Below are positions 50,845 to 61,758 of a stretch of DNA of 64,000 nt, piece by piece. Within the stretch, counting starts at the first letter, position 1. Each line of letters starts with the position of its first letter. Location: contig JBMNLH010000002.1 of NCBI GenBank assembly GCA_050952625.1, positions 32,001 to 96,000 on the forward strand. Reading direction: 5' to 3'. Made by a program: the position numbers and the translations under genes. Under the pieces are notes generated by a model. That model did not search any database and was not told where the DNA came from. It worked only from the letters and a program-made list of their open reading frames with translations. The stretch comes from Bacillota bacterium. Its GTDB lineage: Bacteria; Bacillota; Ch66; Ch109.

Positions 50845-52392
50845 CTACTCCCACTCAATCGTGCCGGGTGGTTTAGAGGTGATATCGTAAACCAGTCGAT
50901 TGATCCCCGGTACTTCATTGACGATCCGGGAAGATATCCGCTCCAGCAACTCATAGGGTAGACGGGCCCAATCAGCGGTCATGGCATCATCACTGGTCAC
51001 CGCCCGCAGAATGATTGGATAAGAGTAGGTCCGCTCATCCCCCATCACTCCCACACTGCGCATTGACGGCAGGACAGCAAATGACTGCCAAATCTGACGG
51101 TAAAGCCCGGCCTGTTTAATTTCCTGCGTTACAATGGCGTCTGCCTCACGCAAAATCGCTAGCTTTTCTTCAGTCACTTCACCAAGAATCCGAATCGCCA
51201 ATCCTGGACCAGGGAAAGGCTGCCGCCAGATAATCTCCTCCGGGAGACCGAGTTCCGCTGCGGCTTCGCGCACCTCGTCCTTATAAAGCCACTTTAAGGG
51301 TTCAATTAATTTAAACTGCATATCCGGCGGCAGACCGCCCACATTGTGGTGGCTTTTTATCGTGGCCGCCGTTTCGGTCCCGCTCTCAATAATATCCGGA
51401 TACAGGGTTCCCTGAACCAAGTAATCAACTTCGCCCAATTTTCGAGCCTCTTCCTCAAAAACCCGAATAAACTCGGTCCCAATAATCTTGCGTTTTTCTT
51501 CCGGATCAACGACTCCCTTGAGGCGAGATAAAAACCGCTCCGAAGCATCCACATAAACCAGATTCATGTGAAATTGCTCCCGAAAGGTACTTTGCACCTG
51601 TTCAGCTTCACCCTTGCGCAAAAGGCCGTGGTTAACAAAAACGCAGGTCAGTTGATTCCCAATTGCTCGATGAACTAAAACGGCTGCCACCGAGGAATCA
51701 ACTCCGCCGCTGAGGGCGCATAAAACCTTTTTGTTACCAGCCAAGGCCCGAATTTCCTGAACCTGATCCTCAATAAATGATCCCATGGTCCAATTACCTT
51801 GACAACCGCAAATAGCATACAGGAAATTTTTCAGCATCTCTTGGCCTTGTGGGGTATGTCTTGCCTCCGGATGGAACTGAACCCCGTATAGTTTTCGCTG
51901 GGGGTCCGCCATCGCGGCAATCGGCACTTGGCCGGTACTGGCGGTTACTTGAAAACCGGGCGGCGGGGCCGCGACAAAGTCTCCATGGCTCATCCAGCAG
52001 CTCAGCTCCGAATTCAAACCGAGAAACAGCTTATCTTCCCGGTCTTCTACGCGGAGAGCGGTCCGGCCATACTCCCTGGCCATTGACTGCTGGATTTCGC
52101 CGCCTAGAACCTTAGCCATCAACTGCATCCCGTAACAGATACCCAGGATGGGAATACCGCTTTCGAATAACCGCGGATCACAAAGTGGCGAATTTTCCGA
52201 TTGAACACTGGCTGGACCGCCGGAAAGAACAATCCCCTTGGGATTTAGTTCCCGGATTTTCTCCAGAGGAGTGCTGTAGGGCAGCATCTCACTATACACG
52301 TGTAATTCGCGAATTCGCCGGGCAATTAATTGATTGTACTGTCCCCCAAAATCTAGAACCAAGACCATCTCTTGCGCTTGTTGTGCTGCCAC
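50845..52392 (-). CDS. guaA: GMP synthase (glutamine-hydrolysing)
   Basis: LDFGGQY, GICYGMQ, QFHPE, SGGVDS and KPPGTIEWE motifs. Confidence 0.98.
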   Translation of the reverse strand: MAAQQAQEMVLVLDFGGQYNQLIARRIRELHVYSEMLPYSTPLEKIRELNPKGIVLSGGPASVQSENSPLCDPRLFESGIPILGICYGMQLMAKVLGGEIQQSMAREYGRTALRVEDREDKLFLGLNSELSCWMSHGDFVAAPPPGFQVTASTGQVPIAAMADPQRKLYGVQFHPEARHTPQGQEMLKNFLYAICGCQGNWTMGSFIEDQVQEIRALAGNKKVLCALSGGVDSSVAAVLVHRAIGNQLTCVFVNHGLLRKGEAEQVQSTFREQFHMNLVYVDASERFLSRLKGVVDPEEKRKIIGTEFIRVFEEEARKLGEVDYLVQGTLYPDIIESGTETAATIKSHHNVGGLPPDMQFKLIEPLKWLYKDEVREAAAELGLPEEIIWRQPFPGPGLAIRILGEVTEEKLAILREADAIVTQEIKQAGLYRQIWQSFAVLPSMRSVGVMGDERTYSYPIILRAVTSDDAMTADWARLPYELLERISSRIVNEVPGINRLVYDITSKPPGTIEWE

Positions 52393-52408
52393 CAGCTAAA
52401 CCCTCCTA

Positions 52409-52948
52409 CTAACTTTCGTATTCATCCCGTTCCAAGATCGCCACGTAGGGATAATGCCGATATTTTTCCGCATAATCCAGGCCATAGCCAACGATAAACT
52501 CATCCGGCATCGAAAAACCCAAGTAATCGGCCTTAATCGGGGCCTTGCGCCGACTGGGTTTATCCAAAAAAGCACAAATCTTCACACTGGCCGCATCCCG
52601 TGATTTGAGATTCTCGTAAATATAGTTTAGCGTCAAACCGGAATCGATAATGTCTTCCACCACCAGGACATGCCGACCCTCAATGCTCTCCTCTAAATCT
52701 TTCAGGATGCGCACTACCCCGGTCGACTCAGTCGATAAACCATAGCTGGAAACATCCATAAAGTCGATCGCCACAGGAACCCTAATTTCCCGGACCAAAT
52801 CAGCCATAAAGATAAAGGCCCCTTTCAGAATACCCACCACCAGCAACTCATGTCCCTGGTAATCCCGGGTAATCTCTTCCCCTAGCTCTCGCACCCGATC
52901 TTTAATCTGCTGCTGGGTCAGCACTACTCTTCTCTCACGTTGAAACAT
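52409..52948 (-). CDS. hpt: Hypoxanthine phosphoribosyltransferase
   Basis: ILKGAF, VEDIIDSGLTL and VGYGLDY motifs. Confidence 0.97.
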   Translation of the reverse strand: MFQRERRVVLTQQQIKDRVRELGEEITRDYQGHELLVVGILKGAFIFMADLVREIRVPVAIDFMDVSSYGLSTESTGVVRILKDLEESIEGRHVLVVEDIIDSGLTLNYIYENLKSRDAASVKICAFLDKPSRRKAPIKADYLGFSMPDEFIVGYGLDYAEKYRHYPYVAILERDEYES

Positions 52949-53143
52949 ACGGTCACCTCACATCTAAAACCGACTCTAATAACCTTTATTCTACAGATTA
53001 CGTGGAAATTATACCATAAGCAAAAAGAAAAACCCAAATAGCAATGCAGCCGGTTAGAGTTAATCGTAACCGGCTGAGCCAAAGGGTCTTTTTCGAAACC
53101 AATCTGCTGACCGAACTTATAGCACTTTGATTAAAACACAAGC

Positions 53144-53848
53144 TTAAACCTGCGGCACCGCCAATTGAATCGGTTGGTTATAATCATAGAACTCCGCCGT
53201 GATGGTCAGGATGCTTTCGGGATTGCTTTTACTGTGGGCCGTAAGTTGGCCCCGGGCCAGGAAATGTCCCCTTTGGTCAATCCAAAACTTAAACTGAAAA
53301 TCCTGCCACAGTACCTCCAACAACTGGTTTTCCAGGTCCGCCGTACACTCGACTACCCAGCAGTCCCAATGGCGCACCTCTTCCTGGCCGTTATACCTGG
53401 CCTCAAAAATCTCTTTAAAATTAAAATTGGCTAATGGGTTAACCTCGGTCATCAGTAATTCCTGACGCGTCAGGTCATAACCTTGGACCGCATACCAACG
53501 ATTGGTAAAGGGGTCACGATTATAGGAAGTATCGCCAACTTGATACATTTCAATTGGCGTATTCAACATGGTTCCCGATAAATGAAGATCATGGTGATTT
53601 GCCTTCTCCCCGGTAACGTCGCTCCAGATTTGCGGTTGCCCCTCCGTAATAAACTGCGACACCATCGTATACCGATAACTGCTGGCTTCATAAGCTTGAT
53701 CAAGTGCCTTATTAATCAAATCTACGGGTGGAATTAGGCAGGCTTTCAAGTAAAAATAATAACCCCCGGTTACGATTAAGCTAATTCCTAATAACGCTAA
53801 ACCGATAGTTTTCCAGCACCGGGGCAAATTGATTACTAGCGTTTTCAT
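53144..53848 (-). CDS. Membrane-anchored exported protein (LolA/LppX-like pattern), hypothetical
   Basis: N-terminal TM segment; beta-rich body ending in WID..and FYDYNQPI. Confidence 0.65.
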   Translation of the reverse strand: MKTLVINLPRCWKTIGLALLGISLIVTGGYYFYLKACLIPPVDLINKALDQAYEASSYRYTMVSQFITEGQPQIWSDVTGEKANHHDLHLSGTMLNTPIEMYQVGDTSYNRDPFTNRWYAVQGYDLTRQELLMTEVNPLANFNFKEIFEARYNGQEEVRHWDCWVVECTADLENQLLEVLWQDFQFKFWIDQRGHFLARGQLTAHSKSNPESILTITAEFYDYNQPIQLAVPQV

Positions 53849-53877
53849 CCGGCTCCCCCCAATCCTCGATTCATAAT

Positions 53878-53906
53878 ATTGTATTTAAAACCAGTCCAAA
53901 TTATGA
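53878..53906 (-). promoter_or_regulatory. Possible sigma-E promoter
   Basis: TCATA...ATACAAT resembling the SigE consensus upstream of 53848. Confidence 0.35.
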
Positions 53907-53908
53907 CA

Positions 53909-54015
53909 GTGAACTCGTTCGGCTTTGATGAACATCAAGGCATTGGATGGAGACTCTACTCAACCTAAGGTTTTAAATAAGGCAACCTCCACTTATCGAA
54001 GCAGGATTCTTTTGA
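53909..54015 (-). mobile_element. IS200/IS605-end-like mini-element, copy 3
   Basis: Reverse complement TCAAAAGAATCCTGCTTCGATAAGTGGAGG...GAGTAGAGTCTCCATC...GCCGAACGAGTTCAC. Confidence 0.68.
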
Positions 54016-54182
54016 TTCAAAAGAACATTGAATAAGGCACCCTTTTTACAGGTGCCTTAGAACCATAGCCACTTCTGTCTGAGAGAAGCTTAGTATTTAT
54101 AATTTTCAGTTTATTAACTCATTGTCGACATTGTCGTTTTAGTATTTAACATCATTAAGTAACATTATTTGATTGTGATTCA

Positions 54183-54854
54183 TTAACTTATCATCGTTAG
54201 ATCCGGATAAACAACTAACTCCCCGGGGAGTACTTCGATACGATTGATCTTAACAAAATCAAAGACAGTTATCCCTTCTATCTTTGATCCAAAAATGTTA
54301 GCCAGATAGGGAGATTTATTCAGATCAAACCCGATTCGGTTACACAGTATATCAACAAATTCTCGGTTTTCTAAAACCTTTCCTAATTCAATTTTGGTAT
54401 CCATTAAGGCCTGGATAATCCGGACAATAATCCCCGCTATTAAAAAGGCGACTACTTCATTAGAAATAACATCCTGCGGTTCGACAATTTCAAAATCGAT
54501 TACTCTCCTATTTAGATCGAAAGTACAACCGGTTAATTTTGCCGCTGTGGAGACAACCGTTGGAGTCGAGGATTTAAGCAGTTTGACGTTCAGTTTAAAG
54601 TGGATTCGATCAAGCTGAAGTTCAATCTCTGCGTCAGTCAGACGATCAATTAAATTCAGGTGATTCTTCAGATATTGGTTAATCTCTGCTTGAGAGATAA
54701 CCAGCTTATTCCCTTTTAGTCTACTCAAAAAACCATTTGTCTTGAGAATTTTAACGTACGCTTTGAGCCGTTCGGGACCTATTTCAGCCTTGTTAATATC
54801 CTTCTTACGATCAGCACTTAATTCATCACCAATAGTTAGGTTTCCTCCGATCAT
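54183..54854 (-). CDS. Hypothetical protein
   Basis: Long ORF; ATG 54854 preceded by GGAGG. Confidence 0.65.
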   Translation of the reverse strand: MIGGNLTIGDELSADRKKDINKAEIGPERLKAYVKILKTNGFLSRLKGNKLVISQAEINQYLKNHLNLIDRLTDAEIELQLDRIHFKLNVKLLKSSTPTVVSTAAKLTGCTFDLNRRVIDFEIVEPQDVISNEVVAFLIAGIIVRIIQALMDTKIELGKVLENREFVDILCNRIGFDLNKSPYLANIFGSKIEGITVFDFVKINRIEVLPGELVVYPDLTMIS

Positions 54855-55113
54855 TAGCCTCCACCCCCTCCTTATTAAGCTTTCCTTAATACTTTTAGAT
54901 TCCAATACCCTAAAAGGTTCTATTACCCTTTAATGATATTTATTCTCTATAAACCCATTAATTCCTCCTTTTAACAAGCAAGAATATTCCGGTTTTTCTG
55001 AAAAACTGTCCGCTTATTAAGTATTGACATTGCTATGGTGAACCGTCACGATATTGATAAACTAGGTCTGCAATCCATTTATTAATCATAAAGATTATTA
55101 GTTAGGGGGATTA

Positions 55114-55548
55114 TTGTTGAGCTCGGAAATAAAAAGACCAAAGACAGACAACCTAAACATCCAAGGTCTAAGGCTTACCAAACAGCGTGCCGCGATTATG
55201 CAGGCCATTCACAACATGAATAGTCACTTTACCGCAGAAGATATTTACGCAACTTTGAAACCGGACCACCCCCGTTTAAGTCTGGCCACGGTATATCGTA
55301 ATCTTGAAAGACTAACTCAAGCCGGATTAATTACTAAGCTTAATTTTGGCGAAGGAAAAAATCGGTATGAGATAACCGGCTTAGAACACCACCACCATCT
55401 CGTTTGCTTGCTCTGCGGGAAAACCATAAGAATTACCCACTGTCCCTTAAACTGTTCCCAACTTGATGATTTAAGCAATAGTGACTTTAGAATTACCGGC
55501 CATCAATTTGAGGTGTATGGATACTGCAAGCGTTGTGATCGTAAGTAA
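55114..55548 (+). CDS. zur: Fur family regulator, probably Zur
   Basis: LATVYRNL, HHHHLVCLLCG and YGYCKRC motifs; upstream of a Zn ABC operon. Confidence 0.8.
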   Translation: MLSSEIKRPKTDNLNIQGLRLTKQRAAIMQAIHNMNSHFTAEDIYATLKPDHPRLSLATVYRNLERLTQAGLITKLNFGEGKNRYEITGLEHHHHLVCLLCGKTIRITHCPLNCSQLDDLSNSDFRITGHQFEVYGYCKRCDRK

Positions 55549-55683
55549 GCATTGTGATCGTAAGCAACCTTTTCGTTTATCCTTTCCTTGGTCCGCCCTT
55601 GACATTTTCAACGGGAGGAGTTAAATTTAGGTATCGTTATGGTAATGATTCGCATTAACATGTAAGAAAGAGGTGCCCTAATA

Positions 55684-56661
55684 GTGAGTCTTCGTTTTAT
55701 TAAACGCTTCGCCAGCAGCCTATCTCTGTTTATTCTGCTAGGAGCTGTTTTACTGACAACCTCGGGCTGTTGGGAACAAACGCCAACCAATGCTCCAGCT
55801 TCGAATAACCAAGGTCTAGATAATCAACTCCAGGTAGTAACAACAATCTTTCCCTTGGCCGATATAACTCAAAACCTGGGCGGCGACCAAGTTAAGGTGA
55901 TTAACCTGCTGCCAGCCGAAGCTAATCCCCATACATATGAACCTACTCCCAGCCAAATGAAGGAAGTGGCTGGCGCAAGCTTGATTATCGGAATAGGGGC
56001 TGGTCTTGATGAGTGGGTCCAGAGGCTTGCTTCAGCCGCTAATCAAGATGCCGACCGAATTGAAGTAGCCAAAGGCTTGCAACTGCTTGCTTCGGAAAAC
56101 GATCATGCTCATGAAGGTCATGCTGAAGAAGCAGACCACCATCACGTCGGAGCTGATCCGCATATCTGGTTAGATCCGGTCCTGGTTCGGGATCACGTGG
56201 CCCCAAAAATAACCGAAGCTCTGATAAAAGCTGATCCGTCTGCCGAGGCAGTCTATCAAGCAAATCTGCTCAATTACCAAAACGAATTAACCCAGTTGCA
56301 TCAAGAATACCTTACAACAATGGCCTCACTGACTAACAAAAAGTATATCTCTTTTCATGCTTCTTGGCGGTATTTGGCTCAACGCTATGGACTAGAAGAA
56401 GTCGCTTCAATCGAGCCGGCACCTGGTCAAGAGCCTTCCGGCAAATGGATAACCGAAGTGGTTAATCTTGCTCGGGCCAATGAGGTGAGGGTAATCATCG
56501 CAGAACCGCAGTTCAACCCCAGAATGGCTGAGGTTATTGCGGGAGAATTTGCTGGCCGGGTCATAACCCTTGACCCGCTGGGCGGGGAAAGTGCCGAAGG
56601 GCGGAATACCTATCTAAATCTCATGCGTTATAATCTAAATGCTTTAAAGACTTGCCTATAA
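55684..56661 (+). CDS. znuA: Zn/Mn ABC transporter substrate-binding lipoprotein
   Basis: Lipobox TSGC, NPHTYEP, His-rich loop, DPHIWLDP. Confidence 0.9.
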   Translation: MSLRFIKRFASSLSLFILLGAVLLTTSGCWEQTPTNAPASNNQGLDNQLQVVTTIFPLADITQNLGGDQVKVINLLPAEANPHTYEPTPSQMKEVAGASLIIGIGAGLDEWVQRLASAANQDADRIEVAKGLQLLASENDHAHEGHAEEADHHHVGADPHIWLDPVLVRDHVAPKITEALIKADPSAEAVYQANLLNYQNELTQLHQEYLTTMASLTNKKYISFHASWRYLAQRYGLEEVASIEPAPGQEPSGKWITEVVNLARANEVRVIIAEPQFNPRMAEVIAGEFAGRVITLDPLGGESAEGRNTYLNLMRYNLNALKTCL

Positions 56662-56697
56662 TTATTAACCCCGAGTTAAAACACAAGCGAGGTATAT

Positions 56698-57501
56698 ATG
56701 CAAACAATCCTAAACTCAAATGACAGTCGAATTATCGATTCTGCTGATCCCCCAGCCCTTGAATTAGCTAATGTCAGTGTTTATCTGGCAGACCGGCTAG
56801 TCCTGGAAGATGTCTCTTTAGTAATCCCCCAGAGAAGCCTAGTCGGAATAATTGGGCCTAACGGGGCCGGCAAAACAACTCTGCTTAAGCTTATCCTAGG
56901 TCTGATTAAAGCAGCCACTGGACGGATTACTTTATTTGGAACCGTCATTACAAAAAACCAGCAGATTGCGCACCAAGTAATCGGTTATGTTCCTCAGCGT
57001 CACCAGTTTGATTTTCGCTTTCCCCTTTCCGTTCGCGACGTGGTGATGCTGGGCCGTTTAGCGACCCGCGGATTAGCCCGCCGGGCTACCCCACAGGACC
57101 GGCTAGCAGTTGAGGAAAGTTTAACCCGAGTAGGTCTTGATGGCTTGGCCACTCGTCCGGTAGGTGAACTATCCGGGGGTCAGCAGCAACTGGTTTTCTT
57201 GGCCCGGGCTTTATGTCGCCAGCCCCGTCTGCTCCTTTTGGATGAACCCACTAACGGGCTAGACATCGCCGCCCAAGAAAAATTCTATCACTTGATTCTG
57301 GATCTGAAAGAAGCATTAGGGTTAACGATTATTGCGGTCTCGCATGATCTGGCAGCGATTGCCGCGCACGCTGATCAGCTCATGTGTCTTAATCGGACGG
57401 TCCATATTCACGGGACACCGGTTGAGGTTGTCTGCAGCTCGAAACTGGACAAAGCCTATCGCTGCGAAATTGATGCCCTCTTAGCGCAAGGGAGGCAATA
57501 A
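56698..57501 (+). CDS. znuC: Metal ABC transporter ATP-binding protein
   Basis: GPNGAGKTT, GYVPQ, LSGGQ and LLLDEPT motifs. Confidence 0.9.
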   Translation: MQTILNSNDSRIIDSADPPALELANVSVYLADRLVLEDVSLVIPQRSLVGIIGPNGAGKTTLLKLILGLIKAATGRITLFGTVITKNQQIAHQVIGYVPQRHQFDFRFPLSVRDVVMLGRLATRGLARRATPQDRLAVEESLTRVGLDGLATRPVGELSGGQQQLVFLARALCRQPRLLLLDEPTNGLDIAAQEKFYHLILDLKEALGLTIIAVSHDLAAIAAHADQLMCLNRTVHIHGTPVEVVCSSKLDKAYRCEIDALLAQGRQ

Positions 57502-57503
57502 CA

Positions 57504-58346
57504 GTGGCCGAAATGTTTGCTTATGCTTTTATGCAAAAAGCCTTGCTAGCCGGTCTATTAGTTGGACTGCTCTGTTCCTTAGTTTCTTTTTTCGTCGTTC
57601 TAAAACGCCTTTCCTTTATTGGTGCTGGCATTTCCCACTCTGCTTTTGGCGGTGTGGCCCTAGGTATTTGGCTGGGGATTAATCCCCTCCTCAGTGCGGC
57701 TGTCTTTTCAACTTTAATTGCCTGGGCTATTGGCCTGGTTAGCCGAAAAGGCCATATCAATGAAGATGTAACCATCGGCATCTTTTTTTCCTCAACCATG
57801 GCTTTAGGGGTGGCCATAATCGGATTGATTAAAGGATATGTGGCGGATGTCTATACCTTTCTCTTTGGCAACATCCTGGCCGTCACCGCCACCGATCTTT
57901 GGTGGCTAGGGGGGTGCGGCTTACTGGTCGGTCTAGTGTTGATCATCCTCCATAAAGAATTCCTTTTTTTATGTTTTGATGAAGAAATGGCGAGAGCCAG
58001 TGGTCTCCCAACTGGCCCTCTCTACTATATACTGCTCACCGCCATTGCTTTAACCATCGTGGTCTCCGTCAAGGTGGTGGGGGTAGTCTTAGCCTCTGCC
58101 CTGCTGGTGATCCCGGCCGCTACCGGTTACGAGTTATCCAAAAACTACCGGGGCATGCTGCTTATTTCCCTGCTAACCGGCGTTGTTTCCGCCATTGGTG
58201 GTCTCTGGCTCTCCTTCCAGTACAACCTGGCTTCCGGGGCAACCATTGTCCTGGTGTCCGCTGTTATCTTTTTTCTCGCGTTACTCCTCTCCCCCCGACG
58301 CTGCGGTTTTTGGAGATTCCGGCATCGGCACCCACCCGCTAACTAG
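57504..58346 (+). CDS. znuB: Metal ABC transporter permease
   Basis: GISHSAFGG, FLFGNIL and FDEEMA motifs. Confidence 0.9.
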   Translation: MAEMFAYAFMQKALLAGLLVGLLCSLVSFFVVLKRLSFIGAGISHSAFGGVALGIWLGINPLLSAAVFSTLIAWAIGLVSRKGHINEDVTIGIFFSSTMALGVAIIGLIKGYVADVYTFLFGNILAVTATDLWWLGGCGLLVGLVLIILHKEFLFLCFDEEMARASGLPTGPLYYILLTAIALTIVVSVKVVGVVLASALLVIPAATGYELSKNYRGMLLISLLTGVVSAIGGLWLSFQYNLASGATIVLVSAVIFFLALLLSPRRCGFWRFRHRHPPAN

Positions 58347-58361
58347 CACTATCGGTTTTTA

Positions 58362-58970
58362 TTCGTTCCCAGTTTAGCCGGCTGACCGAGTTTAAACACA
58401 AGCATATACCATGGAAAGTCGATCGCGCCGTGTTTTAACGGAGGTCAGCGATTGGCGATTTACATCCGAGAACCGAGGCGGCTGAGGATCAGCAGGCATC
58501 TCTGTTTGAGCCTGAAAGGCGAGTTTGATGCCTGCCCGAAGCCGACGAGGTTCGTTCCCAGTTTAGCCGGCTGACCGAGTTTAAACACAAGCATATACCA
58601 TGGAAAGTCGATCGCGCCGTGTTTTAACGAAGGTCAGCGATTGGCGATTTACATCAGAGAACAGAGGCGGCTGAGGATCAGCAGGCATCTCTGTTTGAGC
58701 CTGAAAGGCGAGTTTGATGCCTGCCCGAAGCCGACGAGGTTCGTTCCCAGTTTAGCCGGCTGACCGAGTTTAAACACAAGCATATACCATGGAAAGTCGA
58801 TCGCGCCGTGTTTTAACGGAGGTCAGCGATTGGCGATTTACATCCGAGAACCGAGGCGGCTGAGGAGCAGCAGGCATCTCTGTTTGAGCCTGAAAGGCGA
58901 GTTTGATGCCTGCCCGAAGCCGACGAGGTTCGTTCCCAGTTTAGCCGGCTGACCGAGTTTAAACACAAGC
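58362..58970. repeat. 189-bp non-coding tandem repeat x3 plus a 42-bp partial unit
   Basis: Units start at 58362, 58551, 58740 and 58929 and differ by only a few substitutions. Confidence 0.97.
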
Positions 58971-58986
58971 CATATGGATTAGACCC

Positions 58987-60360
58987 TTAGAAGAACAGCA
59001 AGGTATCTAGAATAAAAATCGGAATCAGAATGCCAATCGACCAGCCCATGTAGCCGAAGAAACTAGGCATCTTAACCCCATTCTCCTGGGCAATCGAACG
59101 AACCATAAAATTTGGTGCATTGCCGATATAGGTGTTTGCCCCCATAAAGACTGAACCGCAGGATATTGCCAACAGGATTGATGGAGCCACCGTCCCCAGG
59201 TCTGTCGTTACCCCGCTGGCTGCGCCTAAGCCGCCGGCGAGGGAGAGAAACGTGAGATAAGTGGGGGCATTATCCAAAAAGCTGGAAAGGCTGCCGGTAG
59301 CCCAGAAGAATTGAACCGGGGTGGTTACCCCTAATTCTCCTCCTCGGGCTTGGAGAATGACTAGCGCCGGAATCATCGTAATAAAAATGCCCGCGAAAAG
59401 AACTGCTACTTCCCGAATCGGCCCCCAAGTAAAATGGTTATCCTGACGCACACTGGGCGAAGTTGTTTTAAAAGCCAGCCACGCCATTAACAGCATTATA
59501 CTGTCCCGCAAGATATTTATCCAAGGCCAAACTAGATTATGGCCTTCTAAATTGATCAGAGTTATTCCCCTGGCCTCTTCAGTCAGGATATTAAAAAATA
59601 ATGGATGCTTATTCAGTAAACCGCTGAAAACAACTGCCGCAATTACCCCGGCTAAAAAAATCAGGTTTTTTAACCCCTCAACCCGGATAGGGGCCGTTTC
59701 CCCGGCATTGACTGGTGCGGTTTGTTGCTTCATTTCGCGTTGATACAGAACATAGTCAATGATCAGATAAAGCGAAATCAGGATTAAGATATTCAAGCCC
59801 ATCGGAACAATCAGCCGCATGGTCCAAAAGAAAGGAACCCCATGCAAAAATCCAAGAAATAGGGGGGGATCGCCGACTGGCGTCAAAGCCCCGCCGATAT
59901 TACTCACCATAAAAATAAAGAAAACAACGGTATGTACTTTCCACTTGCGATGTTGAATCGCCCGGAGCAGAGGCCGGATCAGCAGCATTGAAGCCCCGGT
60001 GGTGCCCACCCAACTGGCCAGCAAAGTACCAATCATCAGCATGGTCCCATTAACCAACGGGGTCCCCCGCAGGGTACCGCGGACAATTATCCCGCCGGAT
60101 ATGGTGAATAAGGCGACCAGTAAGGCAATAAAGGGGATATAATCCAGGATCAATATATGCAGCACTTCATACGCCGTCATTCCACTCCCAAAGGCATAGA
60201 AAAAAGGTATGACAAAAACCAATGCCCAAAAGATACTGACTTTACCCATATTATGTTCCCACCAGTGTGGACGAAACAGCGGAAGAAGAGCGATTGATAA
60301 AAGCATTCCCACGAAAGGAATAACGCTCCAGACCGGTAGTTGATGTCCTAGATCAGCCAA
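58987..60360 (-). CDS. Ion-transporter superfamily permease (Na+/H+ antiporter or citrate-transporter-like)
   Basis: GTTGASMLLIRP, NIGGALTPVGDPPLFLG, SSFLDNAPTY and YIGNAPNFMV motifs. Confidence 0.85.
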   Translation of the reverse strand: MADLGHQLPVWSVIPFVGMLLSIALLPLFRPHWWEHNMGKVSIFWALVFVIPFFYAFGSGMTAYEVLHILILDYIPFIALLVALFTISGGIIVRGTLRGTPLVNGTMLMIGTLLASWVGTTGASMLLIRPLLRAIQHRKWKVHTVVFFIFMVSNIGGALTPVGDPPLFLGFLHGVPFFWTMRLIVPMGLNILILISLYLIIDYVLYQREMKQQTAPVNAGETAPIRVEGLKNLIFLAGVIAAVVFSGLLNKHPLFFNILTEEARGITLINLEGHNLVWPWINILRDSIMLLMAWLAFKTTSPSVRQDNHFTWGPIREVAVLFAGIFITMIPALVILQARGGELGVTTPVQFFWATGSLSSFLDNAPTYLTFLSLAGGLGAASGVTTDLGTVAPSILLAISCGSVFMGANTYIGNAPNFMVRSIAQENGVKMPSFFGYMGWSIGILIPIFILDTLLFF

Positions 60361-60616
60361 TTTTTAACCTCCTATCTTGACTTAATTATAATGGCCCTAA
60401 CCACCCTTAGTTATAACCAACATTTTTTATTTTACCACGACCATTATTTTAGTCATAAGGTGATTTTTCCTTAATTTGAAAAAAAGACCAATTACCTGGA
60501 CAAAAAACCTCTTTACATTGAAACAACCTACTTGGTATAATTAAGTTGCTAGTAACATTCATCCCTCAACGCAATATTGCACACGACAAAATAATTTAAC
60601 TAAATGGAGGGATAGC

Positions 60617-61474
60617 ATGATTAAAGTTGGTTTGATTGGTTTAGGTCGTACTGGTTCAACAGTCGCTAGAGGTCTGCTGGCTCATCCTGAAATGTCCCTG
60701 GTCATGGCAATCGCCCGACCAGGTAGTGCCAAGATTGGTAAGGATCTTGGCGATATTCTGGATACCAGACCGACTAACCTCATCGTTAAAGGCAGCAATA
60801 AACTGGATAGTGAATTACTTAATGAGAACCCGGACGTATTGATTGACTTTACGAATCCTGAAGCCTGCCTGAAGAACTTGCGCATCATTGCCCTGCATGG
60901 TAAGCCAGTAATTATTGGTACCACTGGTTTTACTTTCGAACAATTGCAAACCATCCAGATGATGGCTCAGCAATTCAAAATTCCGGTGGTTTATGCCCCT
61001 AATCTATCGTTGGGTATCAATGTTCTCATGAATTTAGTCCTTAAGGCAGCCACCATTTTAGCTGATTGGGATGTCGAAATAATCGAAACGCACCATCGGC
61101 ATAAAAAAGATGCTCCCTCTGGTACCGCTTTAAAGATTGCTAACGAACTGAGAAATTATCTGGACCTCCCGGAGAAGGGCATTGCTTTTGGGCATGACCG
61201 TACATCACCCAGACAAGATGGAGTGATTGGACTTCACGCCATCCGCGGCGGCGGAGTTACCGGGATCCACCAAGTGATCTTTTTCAGCGAAAACGAAAGA
61301 CTGGAAATCAAACACGAATCTCATTCCCGGGCTAACTTCGTCGATTGTTTAATTCGAGTAATCAAATGGGTTATGTCGGTCCGACCTGGTTATTACACGG
61401 TGGAAGAAGCTCTGGGGTTGGCACCTCGGCCAAGTCACTGGGATAAACCCGAACATATTCAAATCGTCGGTTAA
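60617..61474 (+). CDS. dapB: 4-hydroxy-tetrahydrodipicolinate reductase
   Basis: IDFT, GTTG, APNLSLG and ETHHRHKKDAPSGTA motifs. Confidence 0.93.
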   Translation: MIKVGLIGLGRTGSTVARGLLAHPEMSLVMAIARPGSAKIGKDLGDILDTRPTNLIVKGSNKLDSELLNENPDVLIDFTNPEACLKNLRIIALHGKPVIIGTTGFTFEQLQTIQMMAQQFKIPVVYAPNLSLGINVLMNLVLKAATILADWDVEIIETHHRHKKDAPSGTALKIANELRNYLDLPEKGIAFGHDRTSPRQDGVIGLHAIRGGGVTGIHQVIFFSENERLEIKHESHSRANFVDCLIRVIKWVMSVRPGYYTVEEALGLAPRPSHWDKPEHIQIVG

Positions 61475-61523
61475 ATCAACCGGTTCCAGTGTAATACTAA
61501 AGCAAAAGCTCTACTTTAATAAA

Positions 61524-61557
61524 AAATGACCCGGCTCAGTGCCGGGTCCTATATTTT
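61524..61557 (+). terminator. Terminator after dapB
   Basis: GACCCGGC..GCCGGGTC hairpin flanked by A and T runs. Confidence 0.6.
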
Positions 61558-61758
61558 AGTTCAGCAAAGGCGAATAGTTCAACCGGCTTTTCTTCCAACA
61601 GAGCACTCCAACAGAGCACTCCGAGCGTTCTGCATCAAGACATAGCTTGTCCCTAGGATTGAGATTAGAATAACCACTGTCATTATTAAACTCAAACTAT
61701 CCGCAAGGTGAGATTATCTTTAACAAACATAGGCACCTTGCTCCCATCTGGTCAGTCT

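Noticed and set aside
55630-55660. Zur box upstream of znuA
   Set aside because: Only a partial palindrome (TTATGGTAATGATTCGCATTAA); plausible from context but too weak to call
58362-58970. CRISPR array
   Set aside because: The intervening sequences are identical between units (no unique spacers), the period is 189 bp, and no cas genes are present
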